Positions 41,795 to 53,007 of a stretch of 64,000 bases of DNA are shown in pieces. Within the stretch, counting starts at the first letter, position 1, and the number at the start of each line of letters is the position of its first letter. Origin of the DNA: Clostridia bacterium (GTDB lineage Bacteria; Bacillota; Clostridia; Christensenellales; Borkfalkiaceae). The stretch spans positions 21,193-85,192 of the forward strand of contig JAFQGG010000001.1 of assembly GCA_017415505.1 (NCBI GenBank), read 5' to 3'. The position numbers and the translations under genes were made by a program. Below the pieces are notes generated by a model. The model ran no database searches and was not told the DNA's origin. It saw only the letters and a list, made by a program, of their open reading frames with translations.

Positions 41795-44425
41795 TTAATA
41801 TATATCGTCTAACCCGTAATCGTTGCCGTTTTGATAGATATCGCCATTATCTACGCCAAACAAAGGTTCGTTGATATAAATATATCCGTCTTTCTTAAGT
41901 GAAAAACCGAAAGTTTTTCCTTTCATCGACTCGTCAAGCGATAGCTCGACTTCTTGATATTGGCTGTTTTCGGATACCATCCAATAATCCGCACCATGTT
42001 TCAAGGTCCCATCGCTTTGCGTCGTTGCCTTATTGTCTAAAATACGGTGAACCTTTTGAAGCCCCGTTCGCGTATCCGTTTTTACGCCAATCGTGAGAGT
42101 GGTTATACCCGCATCCAACATTTTATCTACGTAATCGGCTTTTAATTGAATATAGCGATGCCCTTCCACGTCCCCGCCGACGCGTTCCACCTTAAAGGCA
42201 TCTTTTATTTCACCATTTATCATTGCTTTGCCACTATAACGAAGATATATATTAGAATATATCAAAGCATTGATAAAATCCGTTTCGTCCTTTGCGTACA
42301 TATAATTATCAAATTGCATCGTTAAGTTTCCGTACTTAACCGTTAATTTCAAATTATATCCGCCAGTTTTCGTTAAAGTCACGAACATATCGTCAGAGGC
42401 AAGCGTTTTCACCTTCATTCCCGTTGACAAGTTCCAAAGCTCATATTTCGTTGTACAACCATACGCTATCAACGCTTCGCCATAAGCGGGCATTTCCGCC
42501 TTGCCGACGTTCAAAATAGCCCCACTCTCATACGAAAGGGAAACGTAATTTTTCCCTTTATACCAAAGCTCTTCACCTTTAATTTCGGCTAACGTAGGAT
42601 AAGCTAAAGGGGAACTTACGTTATCTATCACTTGCTTCACCAATCCGTTTTCAGTGAAATATAGATTCTCATACGCTTCTTCTACCCCGTTGATATTTGC
42701 CGTCAAACCAGTTTGCGACAACGTAATTCGGCTCCCTGCTTCGCCTTCAAAACCGTAATAATTTTTTTCTTCTATCGATTTAGTTTCCCCAAAACGAACG
42801 TTTGCAATATACACGCCCATAGTCGTTCTCGAGTCGTCTTTATTATTTACACCGTTGAAAGGGTGTACGATCAAACCGAAATTTTTCCAATTGATCGTAA
42901 TCCGTCCGTAATAATCCACACTATAAAAATCGGGCGCACTTGGATTCGGTCCAACCCAACAAGAAGATAAATCAAAGCTGATTGTTCGCCATTCTTTCGC
43001 ATTTACCGCATACTGCGTATTTGGTGAGCAATCCCATTTTCCCGAATTACCTTGAAGAAACGCAAAAATATACACGGGGTCGGCAAAGTCTTCTTTGAGC
43101 AAAACATCCATCGTAATCGTCGTTGACCCCGAATTGAGAACTTCTTCTATCGTCGTAGTATTAAACCGCAACGCTCGCAGTTCACCGTCTGCATTTTTTA
43201 TTTTATGATTTTCAAATTCAATCGCATTGTATGTCGTTCCGTTGCTGTCTTCAATTTGTCTTACGTATTTAACCGAACTGCCGTAATCTTCATACGGCAT
43301 CCAAGCACTAACAAATTGATTAGACAAAGTCGAATAGGAATAATTGAGCTTTTCCTTTTCGGAAACAATATAAAACTTATTTTCCACTGTTGTCGTTTCG
43401 CCTTTGCGGGTTATTTGAGCAACATAAGTATATTCGCCCAGGTCGAAAAAACGCATCGGTGAAAAGGCTTCGTCGCACTGTTGATAAAACTCGTATTTTT
43501 CTCCTTGGTAGTACAACGAGTATTGCACGTCAAATTTTTGATACGTTCCCTTTTTACTAATAATTGCAGGAAAAGTGACTTCTTCCCCTGCCGCCCATAT
43601 GTAGTTTTCAATCCCCGTATCTTCATCAGCGTAATCAAACGAATATGCAAACGGCTGACTATCCGTCACCGTTAAACAAATGTCGTCATATCCTTTAACG
43701 CCTACTATGGTCAACGTATGGTTTCCTTCTCCAAGTATTGCCCCTACCGCATTTAAGTTGTATAATTTTCCGTCGCTTTCATAAACGCTTGCATAGGCAT
43801 TCCCATCCTTATCGTATAAGCCCGTAAACGCTACCCCATTCAAAGCGAAAGCGTAAGAATCGTCAGCCACATCTACCGTTGCATCATCAAAGGCTATATT
43901 GGAGGTTTGTACGGTTATTTTACGTGTAAATTCTTTCGTATGACCGACTTTATCCGTCGCTTGATATTTTGCCGTATATGACGACCCATATTTAGGATAG
44001 TCAATTTCTTCCGCAAAACCTATAAATTCAACGTTTAACTCTCCACCAAACGTATCCGTTACAGCAATCCCGTTTTCAACATCCCCAGATAATACATTTT
44101 CATACGTAGTCGTTATATCCGTTGCCGATTTTACTTCTGGCTCGCCGTAAATTCTCACCGTAGCATTGACGGTTGTATCTCCACAAGTATAGCTAATAAA
44201 ATATTCGCCAGGTATTCCAAATTGCACTTCACCCGACAACTCGACTTCTTCGCCGTTAGAAGAAGTCACCCCTGAGAGTAAATCGTATTCTACAAGCGTA
44301 TAAGAACATTCTATATTTTTTACTCCGTCGATCTCAACGGCAGTTTCACTTTTTTTACACGCAAATCCCAATAAGCTCAACACCGTTATTGCAAATATTG
44401 CAATACCTATTTTCAATTTTCTCAT
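41795..44425 (-). CDS. large surface lipoprotein (Ig-like N-terminal domains), function unknown
   Basis: Lipobox LLGFAC. 876 aa. Confidence 0.65.
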   Translation of the reverse strand: MRKLKIGIAIFAITVLSLLGFACKKSETAVEIDGVKNIECSYTLVEYDLLSGVTSSNGEEVELSGEVQFGIPGEYFISYTCGDTTVNATVRIYGEPEVKSATDITTTYENVLSGDVENGIAVTDTFGGELNVEFIGFAEEIDYPKYGSSYTAKYQATDKVGHTKEFTRKITVQTSNIAFDDATVDVADDSYAFALNGVAFTGLYDKDGNAYASVYESDGKLYNLNAVGAILGEGNHTLTIVGVKGYDDICLTVTDSQPFAYSFDYADEDTGIENYIWAAGEEVTFPAIISKKGTYQKFDVQYSLYYQGEKYEFYQQCDEAFSPMRFFDLGEYTYVAQITRKGETTTVENKFYIVSEKEKLNYSYSTLSNQFVSAWMPYEDYGSSVKYVRQIEDSNGTTYNAIEFENHKIKNADGELRALRFNTTTIEEVLNSGSTTITMDVLLKEDFADPVYIFAFLQGNSGKWDCSPNTQYAVNAKEWRTISFDLSSCWVGPNPSAPDFYSVDYYGRITINWKNFGLIVHPFNGVNNKDDSRTTMGVYIANVRFGETKSIEEKNYYGFEGEAGSRITLSQTGLTANINGVEEAYENLYFTENGLVKQVIDNVSSPLAYPTLAEIKGEELWYKGKNYVSLSYESGAILNVGKAEMPAYGEALIAYGCTTKYELWNLSTGMKVKTLASDDMFVTLTKTGGYNLKLTVKYGNLTMQFDNYMYAKDETDFINALIYSNIYLRYSGKAMINGEIKDAFKVERVGGDVEGHRYIQLKADYVDKMLDAGITTLTIGVKTDTRTGLQKVHRILDNKATTQSDGTLKHGADYWMVSENSQYQEVELSLDESMKGKTFGFSLKKDGYIYINEPLFGVDNGDIYQNGNDYGLDDIY

Positions 44426-44439
44426 TTTCGCACCTCTGT

Positions 44440-46341
44440 TTAATAAGGGAATTTATACCCCGCAGCTTCCCAGTCGGATAATCTCAAAAGCTCTGCATAC
44501 TGCGAAATATCCCCGTGCTTACAAAGCGTTAAAAACTCCTTTGCCGTCGCAAGATAATCTTCTTGCGTTTTATCAGGAAAATGGTAAAAATAATTTTCCA
44601 CCAACGGAAATAGGGAATTAACTTCCGCTTGCGTCAAACGTTTATCATAAAGTTCTCGTAGCTTTTCGTCTTTTACTTTTTCCGCATTAACTTTTTTTGC
44701 TTCTCTTATGGCTTTCAACGTTTTTAGCAACACGTCTTTATCGTAATCTTCTCTATTTTTCATACCATAAGTTTGACACACGGATTTTTTCTTGGATAAC
44801 TCACCATAAAAATCATGGTATTCTTGCATAAATGCTCGTAGATACGGGAGAGAGTGTTCTCCAAAATAATGAATTAAGAACTCGTTGGTGAGTGTCTCAA
44901 TATCTACGTTGATATTCCACATTGCTTTATGATAAAGATACGCGCGCATTTTATCCTGCCACATACCATTTGCGTTATGCGCTCCTTGTACCATTAGATA
45001 ATCGCACCCAAATTTTTTAAATCCTTGTACGTTTGCTTTTATCGTATGTACCGACGGCATATACAATAAATATCTATCAAAAAACGCATCGTAAGTCCAC
45101 AAGAAAAATCTACCGCCTATAATCCCCCATTCTTTAAGAGCCTTTTTCGTTCTCTCTTCTTGTTTCTCATTGAAATAATCATAAAACCCATTTCTACCAA
45201 CAGCCATACGTATAATTACGTTATCAGAAGGTATAACCGTTTCATCTATCGGTTCAATTCCTTTTTCCGTATAAACAACGGGAGCATCCAAGGTATATGA
45301 ATACGCGTAGGTTACCAAATTGATTTTTCTGCCGTTTAATTGCTTGTTTGACCAGTCTTGTAGTTCTTTTCCAACTGCGTTAATAAAACGTATCAACAGT
45401 CCAGAACGTTTATATTGCTTTTCCGCTTGTCTACATTTTTCGCATTGACAGCAAAGATTTCCGTCTTCTTGTTCAAAGGTAAAATATTCGATATCGGGAT
45501 GTGCCAATATATCTTTTTTCATCTCCTCAATGACGATTTGCGCAACGCTCACACCCATCGTTGTGTCAAGTTTTCCGTCAGCCGAAATTCCATTGGAAAG
45601 ACAAATAGTCGTATCGTTGTCCCCTGCAACGACAAATTGAAAGTCTTTATTTACATCAGATTTTGCGCAAAAGAAAAATTCAGGGTGATAATTTTCCTTG
45701 TCCATAGGATTATTGTATTTTTTTTCATCCACAAAATAATGAAAATTGTGCGTATTATGTCTACCCCATATTTTGCTTCCGCCGCCAAATTTTTCGCTTG
45801 GGAATAAAAAAGAATGTCTTGCCCTCTGACGAAGTGCGAAAACCTTATCCGCTTTATCCTTATAACTGCCTAAATCCTCATATAAATCACTCGCCAAATA
45901 TCCCCTCAGTCGAAAAGCGGGAATTTCACAAATTTCACCGTCCTCTATATATAACTCGTTGCATTTAGGCAATACCGTGGTATCTGCGGTAATAAAGCGA
46001 ACCCCCAGATATTTCTCAACAATTTCGTAGACACCGAATAAAATTCCCCTATCTGTTGCCGCTTTAATGTATAATCCCTCGTCTAACGTTTTGATATAAA
46101 ATCCGTCGTCATTCAATACGCTTACATCTGGTGCGTAGTCGATTTTTTGAGCAATTTGCGTGTTACCCAATGAAAAAAATACTCCGTCTACGTTTTGCGC
46201 ATCTGAAACCGTATTTAACGATACGTCCATACATTTCTTAAAAAAAGAAGTTAATTCTTCCGCCGCATATGTAAGACAAGCCGAACAATTTTGGGGTAAA
46301 ACAATATACGCCGCCCTTTGTTCTTTATTGGCAATTTTCAT
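44440..46341 (-). CDS. DUF4838-like protein (GH20-like fold family), no signal peptide
   Basis: CLSNGISADGKL...CQCEKC pattern. Strong paralogy to the next gene (for example GVSVAQIVIEEMKKDILAHPD versus EVSVAKIVIEEMKKDILANPD). Confidence 0.5.
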   Translation of the reverse strand: MKIANKEQRAAYIVLPQNCSACLTYAAEELTSFFKKCMDVSLNTVSDAQNVDGVFFSLGNTQIAQKIDYAPDVSVLNDDGFYIKTLDEGLYIKAATDRGILFGVYEIVEKYLGVRFITADTTVLPKCNELYIEDGEICEIPAFRLRGYLASDLYEDLGSYKDKADKVFALRQRARHSFLFPSEKFGGGSKIWGRHNTHNFHYFVDEKKYNNPMDKENYHPEFFFCAKSDVNKDFQFVVAGDNDTTICLSNGISADGKLDTTMGVSVAQIVIEEMKKDILAHPDIEYFTFEQEDGNLCCQCEKCRQAEKQYKRSGLLIRFINAVGKELQDWSNKQLNGRKINLVTYAYSYTLDAPVVYTEKGIEPIDETVIPSDNVIIRMAVGRNGFYDYFNEKQEERTKKALKEWGIIGGRFFLWTYDAFFDRYLLYMPSVHTIKANVQGFKKFGCDYLMVQGAHNANGMWQDKMRAYLYHKAMWNINVDIETLTNEFLIHYFGEHSLPYLRAFMQEYHDFYGELSKKKSVCQTYGMKNREDYDKDVLLKTLKAIREAKKVNAEKVKDEKLRELYDKRLTQAEVNSLFPLVENYFYHFPDKTQEDYLATAKEFLTLCKHGDISQYAELLRLSDWEAAGYKFPY

Positions 46342-46342
46342 A

Positions 46343-48331
46343 TTAGCTAACCCCTAATTCTTTTTTATAAGTAGCCAACGACTTTATTTCATACCACAGC
46401 GTAATCCCCGCTTCATCTGCAAGATTAAAAAATTCAGTATAATACCGCTGCATTTCTTGCACAGAAGAATCAGGAAAATATTTAGCATAAAATCTTACGG
46501 TTGTGAACATAGGACTCGTTTGCGCCATAGCTATACGCTGTCTATATACGTTCTTTTCACTTGTGGTATAGCCTTCGTTTGCTTCTAATGCAACTCGCGC
46601 TTCTTTCATCAACGTCATCATATCGTTCAAGAAATTCAAATCGATAAAACCTTTCGTCGGATCAAGGTATTCTGTTTGAGATGTTTTAATTTGCAACTCT
46701 GGATCTTTTGCCAAGGCAATCGCGTAAAGCTGTTCATACGCCGTAATCATTTCTTTTACATACGGAGCAACCGTTTTTCCCCAATAAAGTTCCACAAATT
46801 CATTAAATAACGTTTCAACATCCAAATCTACATCCCAAAGTAGATTCCTATAAATATATCCGCGAAGATCCGATTGCCAATCGTAGGTTTCATTATGCGC
46901 CGCCTGTATAAGTATATTTGTGAAACCTGCCTCTTTCATATTTAACATACTTTGCTTAATTGTTCCCAACGCAGGATAGTAAGAAATATAATCGTTATAG
47001 TCTTTATCGTGTACCCACCCCTGGAACTGTGTTGCACATTTTTGCCATTGTTGCATTCTTTGCGCGTTTGAACTATCTTTGTCTTCCGACAAATAAGGAA
47101 CTATTACATTTCTACCTTGCGCTATTTTTATAACGATTTTTTCATTTGCGACTACGCTATCGTCAATCGGAATCCATTCCCCGTTTTGAACTTTCACAGG
47201 CGCATCAAGCGTATAAGCATAAGCAAATGTATTGATACGAAAATCTCGTTCAATTCCCGCTTCTTTGAAATCGTTTTCTATTTCTTCTGCAACTACATTA
47301 CAAAAACGGATTAAAACGCCTGAAGCCTTATATTTGTTCCACGCGTCAACACATCTATCGCAAGTACAATAAATATATCCATCCGATTGCTCAAACCCAA
47401 AATAATATGCGTCTGGATTAGCAAGAATGTCTTTTTTCATTTCTTCAATGACTATTTTGGCTACGCTGACCTCCATAGTTTCATCAAGCTTTCCGTCATC
47501 CGTAATGCCGTTCGTCAAACAAATCATACGCCAAGTATCGCCGTACTTCTCATATTCAGGCGGTACCTCTACAAAAAATTCAGAATGCGTTTCACTGTAT
47601 GTTTCATAATCAACAAACGCACTCATATTATGGTTTCTTCCTTCCCGTAAGAAAGCTAGCGTTTTTTCTCCGTACTTATCGTCAACATAGCTTAAATAAG
47701 ATGAATCTTGACGGGTTCTTGCAACAAATTCCGGCACACCCCAAGATTTATAAGTGGGAGCAGAAAGATATAATCTTCCCATAAAATCAGGAACTTCCAC
47801 ATCATCTGTTTCATAGAGCTTTATCGTATTTAACTTTGGAATATATGTACAATCTTGCGTCAAAAAACGCACACCAAGATTTTTTTCAAGAAAGTCATAA
47901 ACGCCGTACAAAACACCACGTTCAAGATTTGCGTCTATAAACACCATATTGCCCACTGTTTTAATGAAAAAACCGTCGCCATTAAGCGTAGAATAATCAA
48001 AAGCAAACTTTGCTTCATTTAACAATTCGGTTTTCCCGAGAGAAATATAACAATTTCCCTCGCTATAACTCGCCTCACTTTCGCTTATAACGTTTAAGGA
48101 CACGCCCGACGATTCATACACAAAATCCAACAATTCTGAAGCAGCGTACTCTATGCATTCGCTTGCGTCAACAGGAATAACCACCGAATAAGGACTATGA
48201 TTATTTTTTACCAACTCTTGAATTTCGATTAAATTTTCTTCCGAATTATTTTCAAGCGAGTTATTCTTGCAAGCAGTACACGACGAAAACAATAATAAAG
48301 AAGCCAAGCATAACGTCATCCATTTCTTCAT
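46343..48331 (-). CDS. DUF4838-like lipoprotein, paralog of 44440..46341
   Basis: Lipobox-like LLLFSSCTAC. Shared blocks GVLYGVYDFLEKNLGVRFLT and CLTNGITDDGKL. Confidence 0.5.
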   Translation of the reverse strand: MKKWMTLCLASLLLFSSCTACKNNSLENNSEENLIEIQELVKNNHSPYSVVIPVDASECIEYAASELLDFVYESSGVSLNVISESEASYSEGNCYISLGKTELLNEAKFAFDYSTLNGDGFFIKTVGNMVFIDANLERGVLYGVYDFLEKNLGVRFLTQDCTYIPKLNTIKLYETDDVEVPDFMGRLYLSAPTYKSWGVPEFVARTRQDSSYLSYVDDKYGEKTLAFLREGRNHNMSAFVDYETYSETHSEFFVEVPPEYEKYGDTWRMICLTNGITDDGKLDETMEVSVAKIVIEEMKKDILANPDAYYFGFEQSDGYIYCTCDRCVDAWNKYKASGVLIRFCNVVAEEIENDFKEAGIERDFRINTFAYAYTLDAPVKVQNGEWIPIDDSVVANEKIVIKIAQGRNVIVPYLSEDKDSSNAQRMQQWQKCATQFQGWVHDKDYNDYISYYPALGTIKQSMLNMKEAGFTNILIQAAHNETYDWQSDLRGYIYRNLLWDVDLDVETLFNEFVELYWGKTVAPYVKEMITAYEQLYAIALAKDPELQIKTSQTEYLDPTKGFIDLNFLNDMMTLMKEARVALEANEGYTTSEKNVYRQRIAMAQTSPMFTTVRFYAKYFPDSSVQEMQRYYTEFFNLADEAGITLWYEIKSLATYKKELGVS

Positions 48332-48344
48332 CTTTTTCTCTCCC

Positions 48345-51083
48345 TTACTTCACAGATATGGAAAATTCCTTCGTGGTCATATTTCCCTCCGAATCTCGTG
48401 CATAATAAATAATCAGCCACGTTCCTTTTTTATCTACTTTTACCTTGCCGTCCTGTACGACTGCATATTGCATGTCAGGATTGCGTACGAGCGCATAACA
48501 AGCAATCTCTTTTCCCGCTACATTATCCGTTGCTACAACTATCGGAACGTCAATGACATCCCCAACTTTCGCCTCTGTAATGGACAAATCAGACGTTGTA
48601 ATGATAGGCAAAATATCGTCCTTTACTAAAATCGTTTCTTCCTTGTAATTACGATTCCTCTGACTATCCACCGTCTCAAACGCAAATGTCCAAGCACCAT
48701 ACTCCGTTAATGTCAAGTCTATCGCCTTATTTAATAAAACCTTGTCTAATACAATACCGTTAGGACTATATACTGTAATATATACCGAACATCTTTCTCC
48801 ACTCAACACATCAAAACCCACCGCTTGGGGCAAAACGATGGTTTCGTTTACTTTCTTTTCGCCAAAGTCTATTTCGCCCAAAAAAGCAAATTCAGGCATC
48901 GTCTTATCACCCGCACTTAAACGACGGGTGTAAAATTCTTGATTAGATAACTTAACGATACGCAGTTCCGCATCCGTTTTTACTTGCACTGCCTTAAACT
49001 CAACATAAACCCCACCATTTTTGAAACCAAAAAATTCTTCCCCATCATCCGTGTAATTTGCTTTAATCATTTCATTATAATTATAATTAAGAAGATACCC
49101 CTCCGCATTGCTGTAATAGACATTGACTTCCCCAACGTTCTCTAAATACTTCGTAGCCAATACTTCTGTGGTAAACTCACCTTCCTCATCTCTTACAGCA
49201 ATAACCACTCCTTCGGCTTCGTATTTCAATCGATATGTAATAGATGCGCCATTTACACAATCAATCAATTTCAAATCAATATGAGAATATTTTGAATGTT
49301 CACCCAACAACAAACTAATGTTTAGCAAATCACAAGAAAGAGCATAAGGATAAGCAACCGTAAACTGCGAAATTGCATTTTTGGCTTTGAATGTGGTATA
49401 TTCGTCCAACATCTCCCTATTTAAGGCATCTTTGTCATATACAAAATAGCTATCATTCTGATTAAATACCGTTATATTCTGCGAAATTTTTTGCTCGTTT
49501 ACCATACCTTTATTCGCATAATATTCCACGAGCAAATTGTCTCCGTCTTCCGCTTGTACCGTCCACTTACCGTTTTCAACAAGTGCGCCGTTTACATACA
49601 CCTTTTTATCCATTTCCGCATCGTTAAGATAATCATAAGCATATAATGTAGGCAATGTTAATGTTTCCTCGATACGAGCCGCTTTAGGTAATGCTGATTC
49701 TAAATAACAATGAGCTTTCTTAAGTATCGAATAATTCTTTACCCTTTCCACTTTATATCCGATTCCATCTTCGGCTATAACCTTAACAATAAGATCTTCC
49801 ACCCCCGAAAAAACTATTTTTTCAATTTCATTATATTGTTTTCCGTTATATTCGTAAGATACCGAATAATTGATATTGCCACTTCCACCCGATAGCGTTA
49901 CAGTAGGTAACAAAGCAACGTCCCCAATTTCATAAACTCTATCCTCAAATTCAACGTCAATATCCAATGGAAGCTGAGAAACTGTAAAAGCGAATTCTTT
50001 ACTGATATCATTCCCATAAATATCTTTTGCATTATAAACTGCTTTATATTCCCCTGCATCCGTAGGAATAAAAGAATAATCAGTATCCACGTTAATTACA
50101 ACGTCGTCCGTGAGTCTCTTTACAAATACATCTACCGTTTGCTCACCCATTAAAAAATCCGATTCTATCGGTCTGGGTAAGGTGTATTTATATCCAACCG
50201 CCCCCGCATAAAATCCACCTTTACCATTTCCTTCTATTTTGATATTATCACAAGGAACGGTATAATCTGGTGTGCCGACAAGGCTTTGCCCCCCAATTGA
50301 TTCTACGAATATCGCCCCTGTTTTCACTAATCCTGTAAATTTAATATTCACGTATACGTTATTAGAGAAAAAGCCTGTAAACAAGTCGCTTTTTTCAGTA
50401 AAATATTCGTCGTCAAAATCACAAATTAAACGATTATCTGCGCCCTTCAGCTTCAAATAAACTTGATTTTCTTCTGAATCATAACAAAGATTGAACGCAT
50501 AATGATAATTCCCCTCGTCAATTTTGCCGATAAAATTATTGTAGGGAAAAACCGTTCCGTCCGCATAACCAGACGCAACATCATGAGTATTATATCCAAC
50601 AAAACTATTAAAATTGGTGTTTTTTGCTGAAACGAGCGACCAAAGCTCATTATATTCATAGCCACCAAAGCGAACGGTAATAATATTGTTCTCGTCATAA
50701 ATATCTACGATAGTTATTTCTATCCCCGACGTTTGATAGGTATCTGTATAAGGAAGTTCAAAGGAAATAATTTCGTCGTTGCTTTCTACAAGGTTTATCG
50801 GCCGCGCATAATACAAATTGGCGTTTTTCGTGCTCGTAGAAATTAAAACCCCGTTTTTTGTAACATTATCCGCTGTTTTTAACGTATAATTTTCTTTAAT
50901 TTCAGAAATGCTACTTTTTTTGCAAAACAATTCTTTAACAATGTCCGCCGAATTGCTCGTTTGTAAATAATTTTCAGTCGCATCCTTAATAATGGGTTCT
51001 TTCGCTTTGCACGCTGCAAAACTGAGTGGCAAACATACCCACCCCAGTAAAGCGATAACTTTGAACAAATAGTTCTTTTTCAC
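48345..51083 (-). CDS. large surface lipoprotein, function unknown
   Basis: Lipobox LSFAAC. 912 aa. 4-nt overlap with the permease gene. Confidence 0.65.
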   Translation of the reverse strand: MKKNYLFKVIALLGWVCLPLSFAACKAKEPIIKDATENYLQTSNSADIVKELFCKKSSISEIKENYTLKTADNVTKNGVLISTSTKNANLYYARPINLVESNDEIISFELPYTDTYQTSGIEITIVDIYDENNIITVRFGGYEYNELWSLVSAKNTNFNSFVGYNTHDVASGYADGTVFPYNNFIGKIDEGNYHYAFNLCYDSEENQVYLKLKGADNRLICDFDDEYFTEKSDLFTGFFSNNVYVNIKFTGLVKTGAIFVESIGGQSLVGTPDYTVPCDNIKIEGNGKGGFYAGAVGYKYTLPRPIESDFLMGEQTVDVFVKRLTDDVVINVDTDYSFIPTDAGEYKAVYNAKDIYGNDISKEFAFTVSQLPLDIDVEFEDRVYEIGDVALLPTVTLSGGSGNINYSVSYEYNGKQYNEIEKIVFSGVEDLIVKVIAEDGIGYKVERVKNYSILKKAHCYLESALPKAARIEETLTLPTLYAYDYLNDAEMDKKVYVNGALVENGKWTVQAEDGDNLLVEYYANKGMVNEQKISQNITVFNQNDSYFVYDKDALNREMLDEYTTFKAKNAISQFTVAYPYALSCDLLNISLLLGEHSKYSHIDLKLIDCVNGASITYRLKYEAEGVVIAVRDEEGEFTTEVLATKYLENVGEVNVYYSNAEGYLLNYNYNEMIKANYTDDGEEFFGFKNGGVYVEFKAVQVKTDAELRIVKLSNQEFYTRRLSAGDKTMPEFAFLGEIDFGEKKVNETIVLPQAVGFDVLSGERCSVYITVYSPNGIVLDKVLLNKAIDLTLTEYGAWTFAFETVDSQRNRNYKEETILVKDDILPIITTSDLSITEAKVGDVIDVPIVVATDNVAGKEIACYALVRNPDMQYAVVQDGKVKVDKKGTWLIIYYARDSEGNMTTKEFSISVK

Positions 51084-51991
51084 CCTTTCAAGCCTCCAAT
51101 CGTTAAATTTTGTGCCATAAGTTTTCGAGATAAAACATACAAAACTATAATAGGTATTGCAACAACTAAAAATCCCGCTAAAATATGTGGCGGCGTATAA
51201 CCCTTCAACGGAGCCGTTAGTTGAAACGTGTAAATACCTAACGAAAGATTTGCATAACTTGGCAGATAAAATAAAAACGTTGAATAGTTATTCCACGCGG
51301 CTGTAAAGCCCAACACAAAAATCACCGACATTAACGGAAAAGACAATGGTATCATAATTCTTGTCATTATCGTCCATTCGCTTGCCCCGTCAATAGCCGC
51401 GGCGTCCGCATAGTCTTTATCCAATGCCCTAAAATGTGCCACCATAATAAAGAAATACTGTCCAGTAAAAATACAGCCACCGCTTGTCAAAATCAACAAA
51501 AGCATATTATCATAAATACCCAATTGTTTCTTTAACAATAAACCCGCACCTCCATCCGTTACAAACGGGATTATCATTACTGCTAAACCAATTGCATATA
51601 ACGCTTTCGTTAACCAAAACTTATATCTTCCAATCGCATAAGCCGTAAACGTAATCGTTATTACAGAATAAAGTCCCGTTCCAACGGCATACAACAAGCT
51701 GTAATACGCCATCCAAAAAATATTATATTCCAATCTTCCAGCAGGCGTATCAACAGCATAGGTAATTACTTCAAACACATCCGCAAAATTCTGCCATCTT
51801 ACAGAAGTGGGAAACGATAAAGAAGACGACAAATAATAATCAATAGGATCTTTAAGAGAATTGACTAACATCCAAATAATCGGAAACACTAATGTCGCCG
51901 TATATACAAACATTAAAGCTACCAACAATACGGTAAGTATTTTAACAATAATTTTAATTGTTTTTTCACAATTTTTTTTAACCTTATTCAT
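51080..51991 (-). CDS. carbohydrate ABC transporter permease
   Basis: Six-TM MalG/BPD_transp_1-like protein with AAAIDGASEWTIMTRIMIP (EAA-loop region). Confidence 0.8.
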   Translation of the reverse strand: MNKVKKNCEKTIKIIVKILTVLLVALMFVYTATLVFPIIWMLVNSLKDPIDYYLSSSLSFPTSVRWQNFADVFEVITYAVDTPAGRLEYNIFWMAYYSLLYAVGTGLYSVITITFTAYAIGRYKFWLTKALYAIGLAVMIIPFVTDGGAGLLLKKQLGIYDNMLLLILTSGGCIFTGQYFFIMVAHFRALDKDYADAAAIDGASEWTIMTRIMIPLSFPLMSVIFVLGFTAAWNNYSTFLFYLPSYANLSLGIYTFQLTAPLKGYTPPHILAGFLVVAIPIIVLYVLSRKLMAQNLTIGGLKG

Positions 51992-52001
51992 TGGTTCCCC
52001 C

Positions 52002-52949
52002 TTAATCGCTGATCGGATCGATTTTATCCGTCAATTTTTTAATCCCCAGTACAATTGGCAAGGATATCAAAGACAACAAAATCCCACTAACCGCCAATAT
52101 GGGATATCCCGTTGAAGATGAGTTATATGTTTTTACCACAATATAATACCCCATATTCCATATTTCACTCGGAGCACCGTACATATAAAAGTTCATTAAA
52201 CCGTAATCGGTAGTAAAAATCGTAGTCAATCCAATCACTAATAATGTCTTGAAAGTAGGGAATGTCAACGGAATTAGAATATAGAACAATTCTTGAAACA
52301 TATTCCAAACTCCGTCTAACTGTGCGCTTTCTATAATTTCAGGTGAAACACCCGTCATTGCATTAGCGTAAAAAACAACACTAATACCAAAAGACACCCA
52401 AATATTATAAAACATAACCAATTCAAATGCATAAGTGCTGTCAGAAAGTAAATTAGGAAAATCTTTCTGCCCAAGAACGTTCATAATTTCAATTAATGGT
52501 CCATTTACGATTTGTTTGAATACAAGAGCGAAAATTAAGCTCGAAATCATTTGGGGCAGCATCGTCATTATCTGAAAAAATCCAGCCCCTTTAGTTTTTT
52601 TATAAATAAAATATGAAAAAATATAATATAAGGGATTAGATATTAAGAATGCTATAAGCCACGCTTTTAAAGAATTAAGCAAAGAAGTCCCTAACAATGC
52701 ACCGCTTTCAATCTGCGAAAAAAACCTTTCAAAATTCTCGAATAACCTGTCAAGTCCTAAAAAGGTGGCATTCCCCAAGAAATCAACTTCAGAAAATGCA
52801 ATAAAAATGGAATAAAATCTTCCATACACAAAGAAAATTAAAAATAATACGATGGGAAAAATCAATAATGTACACGCAAATAAATATTGATTTCTTTTAT
52901 ACGTTAATTTTTTCCTCGCAGTTCTTTCTTTTATAGTATTTTTCTCCAT
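52002..52949 (-). CDS. carbohydrate ABC transporter permease
   Basis: MalF-like polytopic protein with SAQLDGVWNMFQELFYILIP (EAA-loop region). Confidence 0.8.
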   Translation of the reverse strand: MEKNTIKERTARKKLTYKRNQYLFACTLLIFPIVLFLIFFVYGRFYSIFIAFSEVDFLGNATFLGLDRLFENFERFFSQIESGALLGTSLLNSLKAWLIAFLISNPLYYIFSYFIYKKTKGAGFFQIMTMLPQMISSLIFALVFKQIVNGPLIEIMNVLGQKDFPNLLSDSTYAFELVMFYNIWVSFGISVVFYANAMTGVSPEIIESAQLDGVWNMFQELFYILIPLTFPTFKTLLVIGLTTIFTTDYGLMNFYMYGAPSEIWNMGYYIVVKTYNSSSTGYPILAVSGILLSLISLPIVLGIKKLTDKIDPISD

Positions 52950-53007
52950 AATCCAATCCCTCTTTCAGCACTCCCTTATGACAATGGAAGCGATTTTTGT
53001 TTTATTT

